From a virus (lineage: Duplodnaviria > Caudoviricetes): a stretch of 64,000 nt of DNA. Positions within the stretch are counted from its first letter, which is position 1, and each line of letters opens with the position of its first letter. Location of the stretch: positions 1-64,000 of the IMG/VR virus record IMGVR_UViG_3300035498_000877, one strand, 5' to 3'. A program made the translations under genes and the position numbers. The notes beneath the pieces were generated by a model. The model saw only the letters and a list, made by a program, of their open reading frames with translations, did not search any database and was not told the origin of the DNA. Of the stretch, positions 10,827 to 21,358 are shown one piece after another.

Positions 10827-10862
10827 AATAGAAGAGAGGGACTTTAATCCCTCTCTTCTATT
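10827..10862. terminator. Bidirectional terminator hairpin
   Basis: AATAGAAGAGAGGGA-ctttaa-TCCCTCTCTTCTATT. Confidence 0.8.
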
Positions 10863-10894
10863 ACATAATATTCAATTTTTATATCATCTGAATA

Positions 10895-11020
10895 TTAACC
10901 CTCTGAAACACTGTCCCATAATTCTTGTGTTTCTTCTTCAGTCAATTCTTTACTAGGTAATGCATCAACAATTAATTCGACAAGTTTCTGCAATGAATTC
11001 TTTCCAACATATTCTTTCAT
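10895..11020 (-). CDS. 41-aa microprotein similar to the N-terminus of the 21359 fibre-like protein
   Basis: Below the ORF-track cutoff. AAAGGAG RBS; MKEYVGKNSLQKLVELIVDALPSKELTEEETQELWDSVSEG. Confidence 0.7.
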   Translation of the reverse strand: MKEYVGKNSLQKLVELIVDALPSKELTEEETQELWDSVSEG

Positions 11021-11056
11021 ATTAATATCTCCTTTCTTTAATATGTTACTTTATTG

Positions 11057-11263
11057 TCAATTAAAATCATATGGTAATCCTGTCATTGTTTCATACTCAT
11101 CAGATGTAATAGTGCCATTTATTCTAAATTCATTTAATAACTCAGAACGTTCTATTGGTCTATAATTATTTTGAATATCTTCTAATTTCTTTTTATCATC
11201 ATCAGATATATTAGGTCGTGATGAAAAATCGATATAAAATTTTGATTGATCATACAGAGCCAT
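11057..11263 (-). CDS. Hypothetical small protein
   Basis: 68 aa, AGGAGG RBS; C-terminal GTITSDEYETMTG resembles XkdX-like small phage proteins. Confidence 0.65.
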   Translation of the reverse strand: MALYDQSKFYIDFSSRPNISDDDKKKLEDIQNNYRPIERSELLNEFRINGTITSDEYETMTGLPYDFN

Positions 11264-11266
11264 ATA

Positions 11267-12013
11267 TTATTCCTCCTTTATTAATTCTATAAATTTTGTG
11301 TAGTCTTTGTTAACAATTTTAATATAGTTGACTATATTATTCAGAGATTTTAAAAGATTATCTTTTATAATATCTTTTTCTCTACTCTCCTGATTTATAT
11401 TCTTAGCCGATCCATCATCTTTTATTTCTATTTCCAAATTCATTGATGGTATAAAAAAGTCTGGCATATAATAGTGAGATTTCTCTTTATATTCATAAGT
11501 ATATATATGGGGAGATGGTGCAATAATATCAGATGGTACCCAATGCAGCTGATTATCAAGATATTTTAAGAAGTCTAGTTCATATGATGATAAATAATTA
11601 AATTTATCTTTTCCATTACTCCATGTATAGATTCCTGCAATTCTTCTTCCTTGTTGCATTTTCTTCTGCATTTCCGGATCATCAAGTAAATGCACCTTAC
11701 CATATTTATCTATCATACGTTTATCACGCTCTTCTTTATATTTCTGCTTACATGCAGGATTATTACAGAATCTACTATACTTCATTGTATTCTCATTAAA
11801 ATCAGTTTCATTATGACATATAACACAACTGCCATGGTCTTTCTTAGTCAATAGGTAATAAAAAAATCTAAATCCTGTCATATCAGGAGGTATCATTTCT
11901 TTATGTTGATTTTCATAATGCAGTCCCATTTTATATTTAGCACTTTTAGTTCCTTTATCATTCTTATTTACTGTTACAGAATATTTACAAAATTGGCATC
12001 TATATACTTTCAT
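11267..12013 (-). CDS. Zn-finger plus TnsA-like PD-(D/E)XK endonuclease
   Basis: Likely start ATG 12013 (GAGGTGG RBS). CQFC..HYENQH C2H2 finger, CVIC..C...C, and nuclease core SSYE...YMPDFFIPSMNLEIEIK. Confidence 0.75.
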   Translation of the reverse strand: MKVYRCQFCKYSVTVNKNDKGTKSAKYKMGLHYENQHKEMIPPDMTGFRFFYYLLTKKDHGSCVICHNETDFNENTMKYSRFCNNPACKQKYKEERDKRMIDKYGKVHLLDDPEMQKKMQQGRRIAGIYTWSNGKDKFNYLSSYELDFLKYLDNQLHWVPSDIIAPSPHIYTYEYKEKSHYYMPDFFIPSMNLEIEIKDDGSAKNINQESREKDIIKDNLLKSLNNIVNYIKIVNKDYTKFIELIKEE

Positions 12014-12117
12014 TTTACTTAACCACCTCTTTAAATTAGAATATTTTATAATAAGTGTATTACGCACAAAAAAGTAATCAGAAGAACATATATCAATATT
12101 AAGAAGGAGGATATCCA

Positions 12118-14871
12118 ATGAATAAAAATTTTGTTATGCTATCTGATGATTTCATATCAGATGATGTCAAGAAAATGATCAATCAATCATCCAGATTCAA
12201 AAAGGAAATTTTTGATGCTGTATTAAGAGCTGATAAAATTGATTCTCAAATTGCGGCTTCATATTTGTCATTTATTAATTCATTATTACTCAAATGGGAA
12301 GAGATAGGAAATAACATTAAAGATGCTGCTGAAAGAGTAGATGGAAATAGTGTTGTAAATACATCATTTACAGTAATTGATTATAATGATGCGAAGCAAT
12401 ATATTTATGCTAATTACGACTATGCATCAGTACTTCAATTTATTGATGGTGTAATTAAGATGAGTGATAAAGAAGATACTACTGCAGATGATATTGATGA
12501 TTATTTTGAATCTGTTGTAGATAAGGCTTTTAGAGAAAGAGCAACAACTACTGCTGGATTGCTCAATGAAGTATTATCAACTAATATGAATTATCAGAAT
12601 GCAACTAAATCAGATGCTTCATACTTTAATACTACAAAGAAATATAAATTTATGAATACTAGAGATAGAGTAGAGTTATATAAAGCTATCACAAAATGTG
12701 TAGAATTCTTAGGCAATGAGAAGAATGTATCAAAATACTTTAAACAGCCAGATGGAGCAGATGGTGTTAATACTTTAATACAATCAATATTTGATTCTGT
12801 TGAATATATAACATATTCTGTTGTCGCATATATTACACGTATTTATGCATTATGGAATTATTATGGAAGATATATAGTAGTTCAAGAAAGTAGACCTGTT
12901 ATACTACCACTTCCAGAGTCTAAGGAAATAAATCTTCCTGATATAGATAAAGAGAAAATTGAACAACAGGAGATTGATATACTTAGAACATATGAAGATG
13001 ACAAAATAAAAAATTATGCTAAATCAAAAGAAACATTACAAACATTTGAAAGTTTTGTTACCATGATTGGTGCAGGTGTGATGTTATTGAATAAAGATGG
13101 ATCACAAATAAATGTAAATACTATGGGATTCCAGGATTATCATTTATTCAATAATTCATATGGAGAAAAGTTGGAAGGAAATGTTTTATTCCAGTTTATA
13201 GTAAATCAGGGTATGGTAGATAACTCATATAATCCAAGTGATTCAGATTCTGAATTAATAGCATTCCATGATAGACTTAAAGATCTCATGTATAATTCTA
13301 AACAACATTTACTTGATACAAATTCATCTAAACAAGAGTTACTTCAAGTAATAAGAGGTATTAATTATGATCTAAAAACAGTTGATTGTTGTAGAAAAGA
13401 TGCAGTTGATTTATACAAGTTTGCAATACAGACATTAATGAAATTATCAAAGATGGTTTATAGAAAAATTGAACATCATGAAACAGCAGCTAATCCAAAT
13501 GGATTTGATCCATTTATTCATGATACAACGATGTCATCATTGTCGTCTGATACAATTAGAATATTATCAGAATTATATTCTGAGATAGCTATTGCAATAT
13601 TTGAAAAAGGAAGAGACATTGAAAAGAAATATAATTCAATAAGAGTTACTGAAAATGATAAGCTTATGAATAGTTTCAAGATTAATATTGGAACTAATGA
13701 TAAGAATACAACTACTAATATCAATAATGCAGTTCCAGATACAACTAGAATGCCAGTTGATATTTCTAATCTGTATAAAATCCCTTCATATGAATCAGCA
13801 GCTGCTTATGATGATTATTTATTCAGGACTAATGAATTATATAATGAAGCTTTCTATTATGCAGAAGGAATTGATTTCACTAAATGGAAAAATAATATTA
13901 CTGCATGGCTTAAAAGTTTATGGGCATCAATGAAAGATTTCATCAATAATAGTAGCTTCAAACGAGCAGTTAAATGGGTTACTGATCATGAGAATGATTT
14001 AAAAACATTAAATCTTGCTGGAGCTGAAATGGAAGTATTACCATACATGACTACTGTTGTAGAAGGCAAAGAACAAGAAGCTTTGAATATTGGATCAGTA
14101 TATACACATCTTATCAATGGATTGAATGCATTTAATATTGATAATATTAAAACAATGGATGATGTTACTACATTTGCTAAGACTCTATATCCAAGTGAAG
14201 ATGTATATGATATGTTTAAGACTGATAAAAATGCTTCTACTAAATTTGTACGTAGTATTTGTTTTAATAAACAAGATCTTCCTACAAATCCAGAAGATCC
14301 AGTAAGAAAAATAAAAATTGATGCAAATGGAATTAGAACACATCTTGATTGGTGGATTAAAACTATTAAAGGTGCTAATGAAGCATATCAAAGTATTGAT
14401 GCAAAGAATAAACAGATATCCCAAGCAAATGATAAAATACAAGCTCAATTAGCTTCTGCTGTTAACAGAGCTAAAACTCAAGCTAATAATGCTAATAACA
14501 ACCAGCAGCAATCTCAACAGCAAGCACAAGGTGGATTTAATGTGAATGGGACATCAGAACAACAACCTCCAGCTATCACTAATCCAAACAATAATCAGAA
14601 TAATAATCAATCTGCAAAAACAGAATCTGTTTGGTTTGAAGATACAACTCCAGATAACACATCAAATTTAGTCAATACAATTGAGTCTGAAATAAATAAT
14701 GCAATGCAAAAATTATGTGGAAGCATGAAGGATATTTTTATCGAATATCATAAGAATGAATATGGTTATATTCAGGAAGCTTATAAATTGGGAACAGCAA
14801 ATCAACAGCAAACTACAACTCAACAGAATACACAACAGCAAAACAATGATCAGAATAATAATCAGCAATAA
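12118..14871 (+). CDS. Putative internal head protein with Q/N-rich linkers
   Basis: 917 aa, helical; YYAE-G followed by an amphipathic helix (KNNITAWLKSLWASMKDFI); KTES/WFED sites; QQQ/NNN tracts. Confidence 0.5.
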   Translation: MNKNFVMLSDDFISDDVKKMINQSSRFKKEIFDAVLRADKIDSQIAASYLSFINSLLLKWEEIGNNIKDAAERVDGNSVVNTSFTVIDYNDAKQYIYANYDYASVLQFIDGVIKMSDKEDTTADDIDDYFESVVDKAFRERATTTAGLLNEVLSTNMNYQNATKSDASYFNTTKKYKFMNTRDRVELYKAITKCVEFLGNEKNVSKYFKQPDGADGVNTLIQSIFDSVEYITYSVVAYITRIYALWNYYGRYIVVQESRPVILPLPESKEINLPDIDKEKIEQQEIDILRTYEDDKIKNYAKSKETLQTFESFVTMIGAGVMLLNKDGSQINVNTMGFQDYHLFNNSYGEKLEGNVLFQFIVNQGMVDNSYNPSDSDSELIAFHDRLKDLMYNSKQHLLDTNSSKQELLQVIRGINYDLKTVDCCRKDAVDLYKFAIQTLMKLSKMVYRKIEHHETAANPNGFDPFIHDTTMSSLSSDTIRILSELYSEIAIAIFEKGRDIEKKYNSIRVTENDKLMNSFKINIGTNDKNTTTNINNAVPDTTRMPVDISNLYKIPSYESAAAYDDYLFRTNELYNEAFYYAEGIDFTKWKNNITAWLKSLWASMKDFINNSSFKRAVKWVTDHENDLKTLNLAGAEMEVLPYMTTVVEGKEQEALNIGSVYTHLINGLNAFNIDNIKTMDDVTTFAKTLYPSEDVYDMFKTDKNASTKFVRSICFNKQDLPTNPEDPVRKIKIDANGIRTHLDWWIKTIKGANEAYQSIDAKNKQISQANDKIQAQLASAVNRAKTQANNANNNQQQSQQQAQGGFNVNGTSEQQPPAITNPNNNQNNNQSAKTESVWFEDTTPDNTSNLVNTIESEINNAMQKLCGSMKDIFIEYHKNEYGYIQEAYKLGTANQQQTTTQQNTQQQNNDQNNNQQ

Positions 14872-14877
14872 TAAAAT

Positions 14878-14907
14878 AATAGAGAGGGATTTAGATCCCT
14901 CTCTATT
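14878..14907. terminator. Bidirectional terminator hairpin
   Basis: AATAGAGAGGGAT-ttag-ATCCCTCTCTATT. Confidence 0.8.
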
Positions 14908-14930
14908 AATTATTTTTAAAATTCGAGTAG

Positions 14931-15245
14931 TTATGATCTAGCTGTAATTACATCATTATTGATTTCTATTGACTCATTTCCTTCTACACTTGCCTTTATT
15001 GTATTAAGGGAAGTGCTGTCAGTTGAAATCTTCACACTTAACGAACAAGGATTGGTGCTTTCATTTTCTACAACCTTTATATCTGAAATATTACTTGATT
15101 GCTCTTTACAGGTATCATAAATTTTAGAAAATGATTCATATTTATTATTTACAAAATCAGATAACTTTGATGGATTATCAGCTGGAATTACTTTACCCAA
15201 ATATTGTGGTTTATATTTGTCCATTTTAACTGATTCCTCTTTCAT
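14931..15245 (-). CDS. Hypothetical protein
   Basis: 104-aa ORF; the true start may be the internal MDKY. Confidence 0.65.
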   Translation of the reverse strand: MKEESVKMDKYKPQYLGKVIPADNPSKLSDFVNNKYESFSKIYDTCKEQSSNISDIKVVENESTNPCSLSVKISTDSTSLNTIKASVEGNESIEINNDVITARS

Positions 15246-15249
15246 TATA

Positions 15250-15452
15250 TTATAATAAGCCCAAACTCGGCTGCTCTGTCATTCTCTTACGTCGTCTTTC
15301 TACAATTTTGTTAAAAAATGATTTAGGCAAATGATTGAATATATAATCAAATGTTGGATCACCCTTAAATATTATTCCAAATTCTTCCAATAGACTTAGT
15401 TCTTCTTCAATGTGACGTTCACGCTCGACAGGCTCCGAGCTAAAATAAAAAG
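15250..15452 (-). other. Predicted -1 programmed frameshift site and about 65-codon extension
   Basis: CTTTTT at 15452-15447, 6-nt spacer, GC-rich hairpin GCTCGG-AGCCTG-TCGAGC (15440-15423); -1 frame open to TAA at 15252-15250, filling the intergenic gap. Confidence 0.7.
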
Positions 15453-17255
15453 CAACTGCATCATATCACTAATAACAATTTCACTCTTGTTATGGCATTC
15501 AGGACATACAAGATCGCGTAAAGAATATTTAATCTCATATGGTCTTATCATTAATGGAATTATTTGTTCAAGTGCTTGCCAATCTATTTCATTTAAGTTA
15601 TTAATGACTCTGATTATGTTATCTACTCCTTTGACACGTAAATATCCGCCATTTTCTTTTGGTATCAAGAATGCTTTGATAACAGTAAGCATTGCACTAA
15701 TACGTGTCTTTGATTCTATCTCAATGTCCCCTTCTTTAGCATCAACTATCATATTCTTAACTTTGTCATATACATTATATAGATACTCATATGCAGATAT
15801 ATGACCAAATACAACACTGATTCCAGATGATGGTAATTTGATTGTATTATTTGTATTTAGCATAGAAGACATATAATTTTCAGCTATTGCCTCATCACCA
15901 GATACTTCTGATGTTACCTTCATATCTTCAAGTACCTGAGGATCAATTGATTTCATATCAATTAATTCTGCTGGAGAGTATATCCAATCATAACTCTTAT
16001 TACATTTTCTTCCATTGCCAAGATCAGCATGGCATTCAATAGGAATAACTTCCTGAGACATTGATGATGCACATACAATTCTCCATAATATGTATTCAAT
16101 ATCAAGGAATGAAGTCTTTCTAAGAAAGTCTTCAAATTTAGAAACCATATGAATATTTTCCTTTGGAACATCCTTAGGAATTGAATATAATGTTGCAACC
16201 TTCTGGGTACGTTTTGTTTCAGGATCTTTGTACAAATAATATTCTTCCCATCCACCGATTGATTGATTGTACATATGTTTATAAGCTACAGTCCATTTCT
16301 TCAATTCTGTATCAAAGTTATTAATCTTATAATCATAGATATTCTCAAAGTCAATTACTTCGCTATATGATAATCCTGTAAATGTTGCTCTATATTTAGA
16401 AGCAGGAAGAGCACCAGTAACATCATTCATTTTCCTTTGATATGGAATTAATGCAGCATCAATCCAGTTATCATCAACATCTTCAATATTTGAATATTCA
16501 AGATTTGATGTTTCGACTATATTCAATTCAATAGATCTAGACTTCTTAATCTTATTAATATCTTCTGGATCCCATGCAAAATCACTAACATTCGATTTGT
16601 CAATTATTACTTTTACATTATCTGAGTTAGTAACTTCCTTAGTTTCAACTTGATCTGTATCTTCCGTCTGGATATTTTCTTCAGCAATTTCGTCATTTAA
16701 TACATCCTCTTTGATATCTTCTTGTTTATTTTCAGCATTCGTTTCTACAGGTTTTTCAATATAAGATAAAATAAAATCAGGATGAATCTCTTTAATTTCA
16801 TTGAATATCTCATCAAGTTTTGCTTGTGCTACATTTGTATCAGTATCAATTGCTGCAGTATAAATACGTAATTGATATTCACCTTCTGGAATCTGTAATT
16901 TATCAATTCCATGTCTTTTCTTAGCTGCTTCAATATTACCAAATTTTCTTTCCATTTCATTCATGGAACCCTGTGCTTCAGTAATAGCTTCATCATCCAT
17001 AAGATTCTTAAGTGGCTCTTTCTTTTCTTCATAGGTAATATCATCAGCTGCATATGTAACAGGTGCTGAGTTGAGCTCAGGTAAATCTTCCAATAGAGAT
17101 TGATTTGGTGTCCATTTCTTCTTTTCTGGTTTTATTTGTTTATCTTCTACTGGTTTTTCAACAGGCTCTTGTTTTTTGAATAAATCACTAGCATCGGTAT
17201 TACTTGAATTTGCAAGCTCTTGTACCATGTCTAGTACATCAATATCTGTATTCAT
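15396..17255 (-). CDS. Putative tail/baseplate assembly chaperone (T4 gp26-like)
   Basis: LPAS and LPSSG motifs, two Zn-ribbon-like Cys pairs (IECH..KCNK; LVCPECHNK), acidic N-terminus, predicted frameshift extension at the C-terminus. Confidence 0.5.
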   Translation of the reverse strand: MNTDIDVLDMVQELANSSNTDASDLFKKQEPVEKPVEDKQIKPEKKKWTPNQSLLEDLPELNSAPVTYAADDITYEEKKEPLKNLMDDEAITEAQGSMNEMERKFGNIEAAKKRHGIDKLQIPEGEYQLRIYTAAIDTDTNVAQAKLDEIFNEIKEIHPDFILSYIEKPVETNAENKQEDIKEDVLNDEIAEENIQTEDTDQVETKEVTNSDNVKVIIDKSNVSDFAWDPEDINKIKKSRSIELNIVETSNLEYSNIEDVDDNWIDAALIPYQRKMNDVTGALPASKYRATFTGLSYSEVIDFENIYDYKINNFDTELKKWTVAYKHMYNQSIGGWEEYYLYKDPETKRTQKVATLYSIPKDVPKENIHMVSKFEDFLRKTSFLDIEYILWRIVCASSMSQEVIPIECHADLGNGRKCNKSYDWIYSPAELIDMKSIDPQVLEDMKVTSEVSGDEAIAENYMSSMLNTNNTIKLPSSGISVVFGHISAYEYLYNVYDKVKNMIVDAKEGDIEIESKTRISAMLTVIKAFLIPKENGGYLRVKGVDNIIRVINNLNEIDWQALEQIIPLMIRPYEIKYSLRDLVCPECHNKSEIVISDMMQLLFILARSLSSVNVTLKKN

Positions 17256-17310
17256 AGTTGTAAAATCACTCCTTTAATTTATTTTTTAAAACAGTAGTTT
17301 GATAATATAA

Positions 17311-18588
17311 TTAATTATATGCATTGATCATAAATACTATATAGTTGAATGTAGCTCGTGTATATGCTATCCAAGTTGCTTCTCTTCCATAATCAGATTT
17401 AATATCACATATATCATACATCCATAATTGAAGTATGGATTTTATTTCTTTATGAATATTATCATTGGATGTACCAATAGCTCTATACAGTTTTAATGCA
17501 AAACTAACAAACTCATTTGTGCCAACTGATGTTTCAGTAGGATTCTTTGTAAAATATATAGTAATAATATCTTCTATCAATTTAGATAGTCTATTATTTT
17601 TATCAGCAAATATTCTAGATAAATATCCATTCAAATTATCTTTATCCACTTTAGAACCATCAGCAACTATCTTAACCATTGATGAATTAATTCCGTTAGT
17701 AATAAATTTGTTTATGGTATTTTCTGATACTTGAGTAATAGTAGTTGTAACACCTTGCTGATCTACTAAAGATCCATCATCAAATATGGAATCTTTAGAA
17801 TGCTGAGTATTTCCTTCTTCTATTGCTTTATAGTATTCTTTAGAAATATTTCTAAATGTTCCCATCATTTGATTCCTAATAGAATACATAAAATCGGTAT
17901 AAGCATTATCAGCACCTTGTATCAATTTGTCTTTATTTGTAAGAACTGATTTATGTGAATCATATTCAAGCAGTTCTTTTATATTTTTATATTTTCTAAT
18001 TTTATATTTATTTGAGAGATGTTCTATTGTATATTCCATAACATCTTCTTTTACTCCATATCTCCAGAACTCATGATACAATAGTGGATATTGACAGAAA
18101 GCCCATAAGTATTCTGAGCATGTGACCATATCTTCATATCCTTTTTGGAGAGCTTCTATTAAAATAGATACCAATAGTAATTTATAAGGAGCATTAGTTA
18201 CCCATCCTGTAAAAAACTTACTTATTTTTCCATAAAAGGTAACTTCTACCATCTTATTATATAACTCCAATAACTTCTCATCATTTACATTGAATAATTC
18301 ATATAAAAAAGAAGTTTCCTTAGTAGAGAATGTAAATTGATACACTGGTCCAGATGTTCCTAATTCTCTTGCATGACTATCAATAAATGCACCAACAAAT
18401 TCTATTATCTTCTCTTGATTACGTTCATTAGCTAATACTGGTTGTACATAAGGTATCTGAAGATTTTCTTTTAGATAATAATTCTCTTTATATACTGCAC
18501 TCTTATCAGATGATTTAGCAGCTTCATCATAATCGTCATCTTGATATTCATTTATGAATTCTTGAAAATAATCATAATATTTATTCAT
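17311..18588 (-). CDS. Hypothetical protein (possibly virion-associated)
   Basis: 425 aa; acidic N-terminus with FQE/INE/YDEAA sites; AAAGGTGG RBS. Confidence 0.6.
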   Translation of the reverse strand: MNKYYDYFQEFINEYQDDDYDEAAKSSDKSAVYKENYYLKENLQIPYVQPVLANERNQEKIIEFVGAFIDSHARELGTSGPVYQFTFSTKETSFLYELFNVNDEKLLELYNKMVEVTFYGKISKFFTGWVTNAPYKLLLVSILIEALQKGYEDMVTCSEYLWAFCQYPLLYHEFWRYGVKEDVMEYTIEHLSNKYKIRKYKNIKELLEYDSHKSVLTNKDKLIQGADNAYTDFMYSIRNQMMGTFRNISKEYYKAIEEGNTQHSKDSIFDDGSLVDQQGVTTTITQVSENTINKFITNGINSSMVKIVADGSKVDKDNLNGYLSRIFADKNNRLSKLIEDIITIYFTKNPTETSVGTNEFVSFALKLYRAIGTSNDNIHKEIKSILQLWMYDICDIKSDYGREATWIAYTRATFNYIVFMINAYN

Positions 18589-18687
18589 CGCAATAAATCC
18601 ACCTTTCTATTTAAAATTTATTTATATAATTGATGAGATTAAACGATATATTATCTTAGTATATAAAGAATTAGGAGGCAAAATATA

Positions 18688-21258
18688 ATGCGTGTAACAT
18701 ATTTGAAATTAGAAAATGTTGCTGGAATAATGGTAGGTTCCAATAAATCAGTCATAGAAATATCATTTGAGAATGCTAGAAATAAAATAGTTACTATAGT
18801 TGGAGAAAATGGAAAAGGTAAAAGTGTATTACTTTCATCTATATCTCCATTTTCTGGAGTTACATCAGTTGATGAAAGATCTACTTTAAATTATATTATA
18901 CCAAAGAAAGCTGGATATAAAGAAATACATTATCAGAATAATGATGACCTTTATATTATCAAGCATTATTATAAACCAAATAAAGAGGATGGTCACTCAG
19001 TAAAGAGTTACTTTAATAAAAATGGAGTAGAGCTGAATGAGAATGGTAATGTATCTTCTTTCTTAGATTTGGTTGAGATTCATTTAGGATTAACTCCTGA
19101 TATGATGAGATTAATTAGATTAGGAAGTAATCTGAATTCATTTATTAAACTAAATCCTGCTAAACGTAAAGAGTACATAAGTAATCTGATTGATGATATA
19201 GATGTATATTTAAAGATTTATAAAAATATTAATGAAGATATTAAGGTTACTAAGACTCTGATATCTACCAATACCAATAATATCTACAATTGTAGAATTA
19301 CAGATATTTTATTGGAAGAAGAAAATTTGAAATCTTTAAATAAAGAAATTATTGATCTAGAAAAAAGAAAAGATAATATAATGAAGCAACTCGGTAAAAT
19401 TCAATCACTGATGGCAAACAATGATATTATTGAATTGAGAAAAAAGAAGAATGATGCTGAGTCATCACTCAGAGACTTTGATAAACTTGAATATCAGATA
19501 AAAGAAAAATCATTATCTAAGACAAATATTGATTCATTAATATCAGAAAGGAATAATTTAAATGATAAGAAGATTGATACTCAATCGAAGATTAATTCAT
19601 ATCGAATATCAATCGATAATGAATTGAAACAGATCGAGCAAATAGAAGTGATGATTAAGAAAATTACTTCTAATAATGATATTCAATCTCTAATTAATGC
19701 AATTGAGTCATTTAGGAATAAGATATCATCTACTTCAAAGTATATTAAGGAGTTTAGTTATTTGGGATCACCATCCTCTGATATATCTAATATGATAGGT
19801 AAATTATCTTCATTCAATCAAATAGGACAAATGATTTATACATTAGGAAATAAACCACTTGATGTTTATTTAAAGCTTAAAGATGAAGATAAATCAGTTG
19901 ATGATTTTCTAAAGAAACAAGTCAAGAATATCAATTCATCATTGAATGATACAAATATCCAGATGTTATTAAATGAATTATTCAAAGATGATATAATTAT
20001 TACCCCTGCATGTGATACTGAATATCAAGAGTGTCCATATTACAGATTATCTTCTGTGATTAATAATATCAAATCTTCATTAGATGAAACATATGATTCA
20101 GAAACCCTTAGATATATCCAAGTAATATCTAATAATGTAGATAATATACTCAATGAATTGGATAGAATGAATAAGATTAATATTCCATCTGGAATAAGAG
20201 GTGAATTTAAAGAAGAGAAGATACTTAATAGAATGAAAGATAAATTACAATTATTTGATTTATCTGATCTAAGTGAGTATTTAGGTTTACTAAAAGAATA
20301 TGAAATATATGTAGATAATTGTAATAGGTTAAAACAATATGAATATCAGTTATCTATATATAAACAATCTGGAATTGAATCTCATATTAAATCAGTTAAT
20401 GATGCTAAAAGTAGAATAGAATTTTATAAGAAGAATATTTCTGTATTAACTGAAGAAATGAAATCAATAAATGATTCAATTACTGATGTTGATGAGAAGA
20501 TTTCTATCATTAGTAAATATAATGATTCTAAAAAGTATCAATCTATTATTAGATCTACATTAGATCAGACCAATAAAATATTAGGGCCATTGGAAACAGC
20601 AGAAAAAGAGAAGATGGAATATGAATTTAAATTAAGAGAGATTACTAATGCCATAAATATAAGTAGGAATAATTATAGAGCATTAGAAAATCGAATTAAT
20701 GAATATAATAGATTAACCAAAGAAGCTAATGAATTATCTGAAAGATATAATGATTTATCTATGATATTAGCAGCTTCTTCTAGTAAGAAAGGAATTCCTA
20801 TAATATATATGAAGAAATATTTAGGAAGGATTCAAAAATTATCTAATGATTTATTATACTTAATATATGAAGGAGATTTGAAACTTTCCAGATTTAATAT
20901 TACTGCTGACTCATTTGAAGTTCCATATGTTAAGAATGGCACTAAGATTGCTGATGTTAAATATGCAAGCCAATCAGAAAATGCTATGATTACAATGGCA
21001 TTATCATTTGCTCTTAGTAATAAGGCATCTGGTAATTATAACATCTTATCATTAGATGAAGTAGACGCTGGTTTAGATGAATCTAATAGATCTGCTTCAT
21101 TCTTAAAAATGTTATATAGACAAATGCAATTATTAAACTCAGAACAAGTATTTGTTATCAGTCAACATATAAGTCAAATGGTTAATGTACCAATGGATGT
21201 TATTAAATTATCAGATATTGGAGTTAAATCTAAGAATCAAAATATTATATATGAATAA
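18688..21258 (+). CDS. sbcC: SbcC/Rad50-like SMC ATPase
   Basis: Walker A GENGKGKS, long coiled coils, central Cys pair (CDTEYQECPY), SQSE signature, Walker B LSLDEVDAGLD, ISQH. Confidence 0.88.
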   Translation: MRVTYLKLENVAGIMVGSNKSVIEISFENARNKIVTIVGENGKGKSVLLSSISPFSGVTSVDERSTLNYIIPKKAGYKEIHYQNNDDLYIIKHYYKPNKEDGHSVKSYFNKNGVELNENGNVSSFLDLVEIHLGLTPDMMRLIRLGSNLNSFIKLNPAKRKEYISNLIDDIDVYLKIYKNINEDIKVTKTLISTNTNNIYNCRITDILLEEENLKSLNKEIIDLEKRKDNIMKQLGKIQSLMANNDIIELRKKKNDAESSLRDFDKLEYQIKEKSLSKTNIDSLISERNNLNDKKIDTQSKINSYRISIDNELKQIEQIEVMIKKITSNNDIQSLINAIESFRNKISSTSKYIKEFSYLGSPSSDISNMIGKLSSFNQIGQMIYTLGNKPLDVYLKLKDEDKSVDDFLKKQVKNINSSLNDTNIQMLLNELFKDDIIITPACDTEYQECPYYRLSSVINNIKSSLDETYDSETLRYIQVISNNVDNILNELDRMNKINIPSGIRGEFKEEKILNRMKDKLQLFDLSDLSEYLGLLKEYEIYVDNCNRLKQYEYQLSIYKQSGIESHIKSVNDAKSRIEFYKKNISVLTEEMKSINDSITDVDEKISIISKYNDSKKYQSIIRSTLDQTNKILGPLETAEKEKMEYEFKLREITNAINISRNNYRALENRINEYNRLTKEANELSERYNDLSMILAASSSKKGIPIIYMKKYLGRIQKLSNDLLYLIYEGDLKLSRFNITADSFEVPYVKNGTKIADVKYASQSENAMITMALSFALSNKASGNYNILSLDEVDAGLDESNRSASFLKMLYRQMQLLNSEQVFVISQHISQMVNVPMDVIKLSDIGVKSKNQNIIYE

Positions 21259-21284
21259 AGGATATCTTCAGGTTATCCTTTATT
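21254..21284 (+). terminator. Intrinsic terminator
   Basis: AATAAAGGATA-loop-TATCCTTTATT followed by a T run. Confidence 0.6.
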
Positions 21285-21358
21285 TTTTACCAATAAATAA
21301 AGCTCTATTAGTTATTATTAATAACACAAAATAAATACTAGAAAGGAGATATACTATT

